Positions 57,657 through 64,000 of a DNA stretch of 64,000 bases are shown here, in pieces. The stretch comes from a virus (Duplodnaviria > Caudoviricetes): the IMG/VR virus record IMGVR_UViG_3300042275_000327, positions 1 to 64,000 of that record; one strand, given 5' to 3'. Numbering within the stretch: the first letter of the stretch is position 1; the number at the start of each line of letters is the position of its first letter. The position numbers and the translations under genes were made by a program. The notes beneath the pieces were generated by a model. It searched no databases. It was not told where the DNA came from and was given only the letters and a program-made list of their open reading frames with translations.

Positions 57657-58640
57657 TTACACTCCATAAGTAAAATCATAAATTGGATTATAGAAGAAAG
57701 TATTTTCAAAATCTTTTCCTATATAAATAGTTATAGGATCGCTAAATTCTATCTGAGTTCCAAATGATAAAATATCTGTTCCAGAGACAACTCCAAATAC
57801 AAACTGATCTCCTCCACTTTCATATCCAAAAACATCTCCTTCATCTGTCTGGAGAATATATGTTTCTAAATCAAAGACAACAGAACACTCTCCTGTAATA
57901 AGATTCATAGCAACAGAAAACTCAGTCTCTGAACCAGAATAATCAGAAGATTCTTCCCTTGTTCCCTGAGGTGTTACTAGCTTAGCATACATCTTTAGAT
58001 CTTTATAATAGAGAACCAAATAGTTTTCTGAATCTTGATATAGAACAAAAAATGGAAGAGAAACTCCAGAAGGCTGATATCCATCAAGTACAATCTTTCC
58101 ACTAGCTGTAGCAAAATCTGAAATTGGATACTCTTCAGAGAAAGAGACAGTTTTCTTTTCTAAAGCTTCTTCTGATGAATCTTCCACAAAAGAATCTGTG
58201 TTAGGTACTAATCCCCAAGGAGAAATTAGAAAAGCATCATAGGCTGTCCAATCATCTTTTTCAAATATGACTGTGCTAGAATCATGAGAAAAAACTGCAG
58301 TTGTAGTATCATCTATTGTCTCAAAAATTGCTTCTCTGAATTCTGTTGTAAAGACAAATAACTTCAACTTATTTCCTACACCTGTAAATCCATAGGAAGC
58401 TTCTATCATAGACTTCACAGTAAAATGAACTGCTCGTTTAGAATATACAGATTTTCCACCTGTGATCTGATAGCCAGAATATGACTGTGGAATAGAATTC
58501 AGAGGAGTTGAGTATTTCAGGATTTTTTCCACTGAAGATACAGGAATCTTTTTCAGAAGTAAACCCTCTTCTGTTATAAAGTAATCTGTATCTTTTAGAT
58601 ATCCTGTTTCTGTTAATGAATCTACATGTCTATTTTTCAT
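57657..58640 (-). CDS. Hypothetical virion protein
   Basis: Shares its N-terminal module with neighbouring fibre genes. Confidence 0.6.
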   Translation of the reverse strand: MKNRHVDSLTETGYLKDTDYFITEEGLLLKKIPVSSVEKILKYSTPLNSIPQSYSGYQITGGKSVYSKRAVHFTVKSMIEASYGFTGVGNKLKLFVFTTEFREAIFETIDDTTTAVFSHDSSTVIFEKDDWTAYDAFLISPWGLVPNTDSFVEDSSEEALEKKTVSFSEEYPISDFATASGKIVLDGYQPSGVSLPFFVLYQDSENYLVLYYKDLKMYAKLVTPQGTREESSDYSGSETEFSVAMNLITGECSVVFDLETYILQTDEGDVFGYESGGDQFVFGVVSGTDILSFGTQIEFSDPITIYIGKDFENTFFYNPIYDFTYGV

Positions 58641-58650
58641 ACGTCTCTCT

Positions 58651-58899
58651 TTAAAAAATTAATACTGCTAATCCAATTCCCAACACATCTACAACCAAAT
58701 CAGCAACGGACAATTTACCATCTGTCAGCTTGTCCCATATCTCTTTTGTAACTCCCACAAGGATGCCAACAGCAATTGCCCCATTTATATCCCACTTGTC
58801 TGCCAGTGTGTACACCAAAGCGTAAGTGATGGCAAAATGCGCTACTTTGTCGATGTGCTTTACCAACGTGTTCTCAATGAATTTTATTAAGTGTTTCAT
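58651..58899 (-). CDS. Small VanZ-like membrane protein
   Basis: DKVAHF...KEIWD...DLVVDVLG; likely start 58899. Confidence 0.65.
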   Translation of the reverse strand: MKHLIKFIENTLVKHIDKVAHFAITYALVYTLADKWDINGAIAVGILVGVTKEIWDKLTDGKLSVADLVVDVLGIGLAVLIF

Positions 58900-59237
58900 A
58901 CCTCGCCTCTCACAATCTCTTCCCATTCCATCCTCTGTGCAAGCAACTCTTTTCTGGATTCAAGTTTCTCCTTGTACTCCTCAGAGTCTGTTCCATATAC
59001 AAGAGCGTATCGGTTGAGTTGCACCTCTACCCAATCAGTATCATTGAGGTTTTTCTGTGCCTGCTTTGCCATTTCCTTCTTATGCAATTCATCAAAAGAC
59101 TCATTGCCATATGTGCGATAATAATCACACTCATATTGCATACCATCTTCTGTTTTATGCTCAATAAAATTGCCCCGAACTTCACGGACATTCCCAAATT
59201 TAAACTCTGTTTCTTTTGTATCAACAAACATTTTCAT
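58896..59237 (-). CDS. Putative tail fibre assembly chaperone
   Basis: AGGAG RBS before ATG 59237; L.DTDW...R..W motif; directly after a fibre gene. Confidence 0.55.
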   Translation of the reverse strand: MKMFVDTKETEFKFGNVREVRGNFIEHKTEDGMQYECDYYRTYGNESFDELHKKEMAKQAQKNLNDTDWVEVQLNRYALVYGTDSEEYKEKLESRKELLAQRMEWEEIVRGEV

Positions 59238-59319
59238 TTTATTATCTCCTATTAACTCCACCGGAGTGCAAAATCGCTTGCAAGCAAACACCCTGAAAAA
59301 ATTTTCAAAAAACGACAGG

Positions 59320-59340
59320 GCAGGGGTTGCGCACCCCTGC
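59320..59340 (-). promoter_or_regulatory. GC-rich hairpin just downstream of the fibre stop codon (DGR-type cis element)
   Basis: GCAGGGGT-GCGCA-ACCCCTGC, 9 nt after TAG. Confidence 0.55.
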
Positions 59341-59349
59341 ACCCCCGAA

Positions 59350-61344
59350 CTAACCGATAAGGCGGGACCCGACGCTGTGGACGGAGTTCCCCGGCGCATG
59401 GTAACCATGGCAGCAGAAGAGGGAAACAATGACACCCTTGCTCCAGTCGCCACCGGAGAGCAAAATGCGCACACCGTCGTAAGTGGCAGTGAAGTTGTAC
59501 ACATATGCTGCGTAGAACGTTCCAGAGCCTGCTCCTCCTCCTATCACTATTACATAGTCAACAGAGCCTTGGTCGGTCACGAATGGCTTACGTGTAAGCT
59601 GATAGCCATTGCCATCAAAATACTCTCCATCTCCTGTGTATATCCATCCTGCATCAGAGCGTGGGTCAGAGACGTTATATTTGCTCTGGTCAAAGCAAAC
59701 ATAATAGGCACCGTTATATCGGGCAAATCCGTAAGTGAATGACCATACATTCCCCCAGAGGTCCCACATACCACGATATGATACGTGTGAGCGTGCCTCA
59801 CTTCCGAATTGCAGGATGTAACCTGAGCCACCTCCCAGAGCGTCAATCTGGGATGATGGAACCGGTTGTCCCCAACTTACAATTGAGGTTGTGCCGGCTG
59901 TAGAATCGAAAGCCGCTCCATCAACGGTGATTCTCTTGTTTGATGCGTTATAATCGGTGATAGATGTGATTTTGCGGTTTGCTGCAACGCTGTTGTTTGA
60001 ATATGCAGTTCCAATCTGCATGACCATGCCAACATACATGTTGGTCGCTCCTGCATTCGGAATGATGACGCTGGTTGCACCAGTCTGGCTGACCGAACAT
60101 ACAAATTCGCTACCGCTACCATATGGCATACCGGAGTTGATTCCCTGCCCGAATTTTGCTTTCTGGTCCCAGTCTCCAGCTTCCACTGCCATCAGCAATC
60201 CCAGCTTGTGGTGGGTAGCCGAATCATCGAGCCACCATCCACCATCACCCTTTGCATATGCAGTGGTGATGAAAGAGGTGTAGGTACGGTTTACTTCGAC
60301 ACCCATATCCGGCTTTGAGCGCAACTCTGTATCGTATCCAGCAGGAACACGACCAACAAGACGATACTCAACAGGATTGCCATCCTTATCCAACCATGCT
60401 GGGTAAAATCCAACTACAGGCTGTGTGGCTATACGAATATGACGGACGTTGTCAACATCGATATAATCTTGGAACCAAAATTGCGGAATGAGTGTCATAT
60501 ACTCACCGTCTACGGAAGAGTAATTACTATCTCCAAGTTCTGCCAAAATGTTCTTATTGCTATCCACCTTTACCTGTCTAATACCTTTCCACGGATAGTA
60601 GTTGTCAAAGTCTGATGCAATTGCGTTCACTCCATCAGGAGTCCCAAAATTCAGTCCTACAGCCATGTCAGTACGTGTGTATGTGTCTGTATCATTGTCC
60701 CATTCCAAACCAAATATTTGCAGTGATTGGGTTTCTAAACGTGACACCCTTGTATCAATCGGGTCAACTGCATCCTTGACGCTCTTGGCTACTGAGCCTT
60801 CGGTGGTGTCGTCGGCTTCGAGGGTAGTAATATCAGATTCTAAGCTATTGATATCACCTTCTGCAGTTGACAATCTTGTCTCATGACCAGCAATTTCATC
60901 TGCATTTCCCTTTACAGTTTCTGTAATTCTTCCTGCTCCAGCTAAATCATTGAAAGCAGTAGAGTCATTATAGACCCCACCAGATAACCAATCAGAAGTT
61001 GTAGTATCCCAAAAATACCAATTTCCATCAGCTTCAACAACATAAGTGAATGAATGGTCTGGATCAGCTGTCTGTAGATCTACTAAAGTATCATAAACAC
61101 CTCTTGGACCACCTACAGATAAAGCATCCACTTGATCCTGTAAAGTCCCAGCATGATCATTTACTTCTTTTAATGTTGTACCATCCCAAGTCTCTCCAAC
61201 AATGGGCTTCTTCAGATCTTCATAAGAAATCTTCTTCATATCAAGGAGTTCTTCTCCTTGTTGTATTCCTAACAAGTCTGTATTCTGGGGATCGGTGGCA
61301 GTCCTTGGTATAGCTGCAAATCCTTTTGGTGTTAATTCTGACAT
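59350..61344 (-). CDS. Fibre/receptor-binding protein with C-terminal CLec (FGE/Mtd-like) fold
   Basis: YRGMWDLWGNVWSF...SGGDWS.G......GSRL*, typical of DGR target C-termini. Confidence 0.75.
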   Translation of the reverse strand: MSELTPKGFAAIPRTATDPQNTDLLGIQQGEELLDMKKISYEDLKKPIVGETWDGTTLKEVNDHAGTLQDQVDALSVGGPRGVYDTLVDLQTADPDHSFTYVVEADGNWYFWDTTTSDWLSGGVYNDSTAFNDLAGAGRITETVKGNADEIAGHETRLSTAEGDINSLESDITTLEADDTTEGSVAKSVKDAVDPIDTRVSRLETQSLQIFGLEWDNDTDTYTRTDMAVGLNFGTPDGVNAIASDFDNYYPWKGIRQVKVDSNKNILAELGDSNYSSVDGEYMTLIPQFWFQDYIDVDNVRHIRIATQPVVGFYPAWLDKDGNPVEYRLVGRVPAGYDTELRSKPDMGVEVNRTYTSFITTAYAKGDGGWWLDDSATHHKLGLLMAVEAGDWDQKAKFGQGINSGMPYGSGSEFVCSVSQTGATSVIIPNAGATNMYVGMVMQIGTAYSNNSVAANRKITSITDYNASNKRITVDGAAFDSTAGTTSIVSWGQPVPSSQIDALGGGSGYILQFGSEARSHVSYRGMWDLWGNVWSFTYGFARYNGAYYVCFDQSKYNVSDPRSDAGWIYTGDGEYFDGNGYQLTRKPFVTDQGSVDYVIVIGGGAGSGTFYAAYVYNFTATYDGVRILLSGGDWSKGVIVSLFCCHGYHAPGNSVHSVGSRLIG

Positions 61345-61374
61345 AATTTTATCTCCATAATAAAATAGTTCTTT

Positions 61375-62586
61375 TTAGACTTCAAAAGCAAAGTATTCAG
61401 TTTCAGAAAATCCTAACACTTCAGTATCTGAAAAAAGAATTGGAATAGGATCATCATAAGTATCATCTAATAAGTATCTCTCATATGTTCTATCATATAG
61501 ATGTTGAATTTCTGCTTTTTCAGCTTCAATTCCTAATTCAATATAAAAAAATCCAAAAGCACCAGAGAATGTTTCCATTCCTATAGAGTTCAATCCTGTA
61601 AAAGATGTTATTCCTTCAAAAGCAACAGAAAGTTCTCTATCTATATAGACATATACTTTTCCAGTTGAGTCACTTACAAGAGAAATCATATGAAATCTCT
61701 TATCAAAAATTGGAGCAGCAGCTAAAACAGAATATCCTGTAGAATCTATTAAATTCAACATTCCTAAATCATAATCAAGAATAATTCTGTTATTAGCACT
61801 TGAAGTATTTCCTAAAAGATCTTCTGTTCTGTTCGAAGGTCTTACCCAGAAAGTAATTGTCCAATCAGAAGAAGTGTTTAGATCAAAAGGAGTTATATCA
61901 ATAGAAGTCAGTGAACTGAATAGTAATGTTTTTATACCAGACAATGTTTCAAAAACTACAGGTCTTTTTGTAGCATCAGCTTGTCCAATTGTTTCTGTCT
62001 CAATCTGATTATGAATCAAAGAAATCTCATCCTCATCCCAAGTATTTCTTGCATCATCAGGATCCCACATCTGAGAAGGTCTAGCAGGATATCCTGGAAG
62101 ATCAAAGTCTCTAAGCCAACTTTGTGTATTTGCTAAATTTCCTTTCCAAGAATAAATTTTTGTCTCTACTGCAGTTGAATCATCTTCTTCATAAGTACTG
62201 GTTGTTCCATCTTCGAAAAAGATCTTTATAGAATTTGGAATTCCAAGTAGATGAGTCATCCATCCTTTTGTAGTATCTAATGTTCCATTGGTATCTATGA
62301 GAACTGAAGCACCATGTATAAAGCTATCTTCTGAAAGATCATATCCATAACTTTCTAAAAGAGCTTTTCCAAAGAGATAGAATTCTCCCCTTGTTTCTGC
62401 CGGTCTAAAATTTCCAGCAAGATTGAAGAAAGAGTATTCAATAGACTCTTTTATTCTTGAATAGAGATCTGCTTTTAAATTCAGACCAGAGATTTTCAAT
62501 GGAATTCCATTATCTCTATCTATCAGAAAAGCAGCATCATCAGCTATTGTTGTTATCTTATTATCTAATTGTGTTATTCTAGGCAT
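61375..62586 (-). CDS. Virion protein with LamG/concanavalin-like domain
   Basis: DWTITFWVRP...FHMISLV...VYVYID...EIQHLY. Confidence 0.65.
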   Translation of the reverse strand: MPRITQLDNKITTIADDAAFLIDRDNGIPLKISGLNLKADLYSRIKESIEYSFFNLAGNFRPAETRGEFYLFGKALLESYGYDLSEDSFIHGASVLIDTNGTLDTTKGWMTHLLGIPNSIKIFFEDGTTSTYEEDDSTAVETKIYSWKGNLANTQSWLRDFDLPGYPARPSQMWDPDDARNTWDEDEISLIHNQIETETIGQADATKRPVVFETLSGIKTLLFSSLTSIDITPFDLNTSSDWTITFWVRPSNRTEDLLGNTSSANNRIILDYDLGMLNLIDSTGYSVLAAAPIFDKRFHMISLVSDSTGKVYVYIDRELSVAFEGITSFTGLNSIGMETFSGAFGFFYIELGIEAEKAEIQHLYDRTYERYLLDDTYDDPIPILFSDTEVLGFSETEYFAFEV

Positions 62587-62588
62587 CT

Positions 62589-62792
62589 TTATTCCTCTAC
62601 TTCAGTGGATGCATCAAAAGGATCAAAATACTGAAATAGATCTTCATATTGATTCTCATTCCAGAGTCTCTTTCCTTCTATAGTCTGGATTGATGGAAAG
62701 ACAATCTTCTCATCTAGAACTTTTGCTTCATCATATTCAGATAATCTTTTTGTTATTTTTGATGATACTCTCATCATGCTCATTACTTCCAT
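62589..62792 (-). CDS. Hypothetical protein
   Basis: Short ORF filling the gap; TAATG overlap. Confidence 0.5.
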   Translation of the reverse strand: MEVMSMMRVSSKITKRLSEYDEAKVLDEKIVFPSIQTIEGKRLWNENQYEDLFQYFDPFDASTEVEE

Positions 62793-63817
62793 TACAAATA
62801 CACCTCAGATATCTTGTTGTTCATATAATTAGAAATTCCATCATATCCTATAAAAATAGTTTCATACTGGAATAGATTCTCAAATTCAAATAAGTATTGT
62901 TGGTTTTGAAATCCTACAGCAATAGAGTCAGTTGTGAAGAACATAATAGGAGTATCACGATAGTTTTCTAATCCACAGAGAGAATACCTGAATTCTACTC
63001 CAGAATTCTTCCCTATCATTGCTCCCATATAATTAGGAAGAACAACAAGACTTGCATAATTGTCAGAATCCTTATAAAAAGAGATCAATACAGAAAGATC
63101 TACATCAGATAAATCAGCTGTCTGAAAACTTGGTTCTGATAAATAATCAATTGATCTATAATCACCAACTATTGATTCTGCATCTAATAGAAAAGTTTGC
63201 TCGTCATCTTCAAAGTTGTAAGAAAAATACCATCCATACAAAGAATCAAATTCTAATTTAATGGAGATAGCACCAACAAAATCAGCTCCGTAGGAAATTT
63301 CTTTTAATGGATCAATAGTATCTATATAAGTTCTGTATCGATTCATCCAAAGTGCTCTGTGTTCATCTGAGAGTAATCTGGAACTAATACTGGAATAAGG
63401 AAAATTTAAATAAGCTGGAGTTGAAATAGAATCAACAAATGGAAGAATTAAATTCTCTTTATAAAGACTAGGATTTTCACAGTCTGTACTGAATAAAAAG
63501 AATACTTCTGAAGTTTCTGTGACAGCTAGATGATAAGGCTCTTTTGCATACACTTTAGCATAAAAAGGAATATCAATAAATCCAGAATCACACTGAACAA
63601 TGTAGTCACCAGGACTCAAGATCAGAGATTGATCTTCAGTATCTCTTGGATATAAGAAAAGATTCTCATACCTTTTTCCTAAGAAAGAACTCTCTGAAAG
63701 AAAAGAAATTCTTCTAGAAAGTGGTCTTACAACAGAATTCCTTCTTATCAAAGTTGTAGAGATAAAATCTTCTCTTATAACTGAGGATATTTTAGACAAA
63801 TACTCTAGAGTAATCAC
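62792..63817 (-). CDS. Hypothetical virion protein
   Basis: GTG start after GGAG; C-terminal YKDSDNY...IFIG resembles 57657..58640 (YQDSENY...IYIG). Confidence 0.6.
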   Translation of the reverse strand: MITLEYLSKISSVIREDFISTTLIRRNSVVRPLSRRISFLSESSFLGKRYENLFLYPRDTEDQSLILSPGDYIVQCDSGFIDIPFYAKVYAKEPYHLAVTETSEVFFLFSTDCENPSLYKENLILPFVDSISTPAYLNFPYSSISSRLLSDEHRALWMNRYRTYIDTIDPLKEISYGADFVGAISIKLEFDSLYGWYFSYNFEDDEQTFLLDAESIVGDYRSIDYLSEPSFQTADLSDVDLSVLISFYKDSDNYASLVVLPNYMGAMIGKNSGVEFRYSLCGLENYRDTPIMFFTTDSIAVGFQNQQYLFEFENLFQYETIFIGYDGISNYMNNKISEVYL

Positions 63818-64000
63818 TTAAATTCTCCAGTCAACTTCTAAGTCATTTGTACTCTCAGGTCTATTGACGATCTTTATTCCTCCACCATATTCAACTACAA
63901 AGTCTTCTGATGAAGAGAAATCAACTGAGTCAGCATCCAAATATTTGGCTAGATCTTCTTTTATCTTATCTGAATTTGCCTGAGTAACAGAAATCATATA
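63818..64000 (-). CDS. Hypothetical protein (possibly partial)
   Basis: Open frame from the window edge to TAA at 63818-63820. Confidence 0.45.
   Translation of the reverse strand, partial: YMISVTQANSDKIKEDLAKYLDADSVDFSSSEDFVVEYGGGIKIVNRPESTNDLEVDWRI

Noticed and set aside
58896-59504. 202-aa ORF as given in the track
   Set aside because: Its 5' part overlaps the fibre C-terminus and hairpin; the RBS-supported start is ATG 59237.
55488-64000. Complete diversity-generating retroelement
   Set aside because: No reverse transcriptase, avd or template repeat was recognised in the window.
1-64000. Alternative genetic code (stop-codon reassignment)
   Set aside because: Long genes are intact under the standard code, and TAA, TAG and TGA all end genes with tight packing.
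1-64000. tRNA/rRNA genes, integrase, transposase, introns or inteins
   Set aside because: No cloverleaf or T-loop signature in the short intergenic gaps and no such protein motifs were recognised by eye; a tRNAscan/Infernal run would be needed to exclude them fully.

Overview
This window is part of a large, AT-rich, CpG-poor lytic myophage genome. A spirochaete (Sphaerochaeta/Treponema-like) host is a weak inference. There are two convergent arms. The + arm (1-31295) is a dense early/middle region of small ORFs plus two radical SAM enzymes, a PIF1-like helicase, a CCA-adding enzyme, two metallophosphoesterases, an AEP-like protein and an SprT/DUF2786 protein, driven by two recurring promoter classes. 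The - arm (31292-64000) is a contractile-tail module (sheath, tube, chaperones, tape measure, T4-like baseplate, several fibres) with a recurring AACTA upstream motif. The best candidate for an undescribed system is seven genes (one a 27-aa ORF missed by the ORF track) that all begin MKxRxGFVSNSSSSSF, have unrelated bodies and lie between two radical SAM genes, one with a SPASM-type domain. This suggests a phage-encoded protein-tagging or RiPP-like modification system. Other highlights: a 124-aa mosaic of PolA and DnaE catalytic motifs, a ribosomal-S3-like KH protein, a candidate +1 frameshift (UUU_CGA) in the tail chaperone, an orphan DGR-target-like fibre tip with its hairpin, and a candidate late sRNA. 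No tRNA, rRNA, CRISPR array, integrase or reverse transcriptase was recognised. All assignments come from motif reading by eye; no searches were run.
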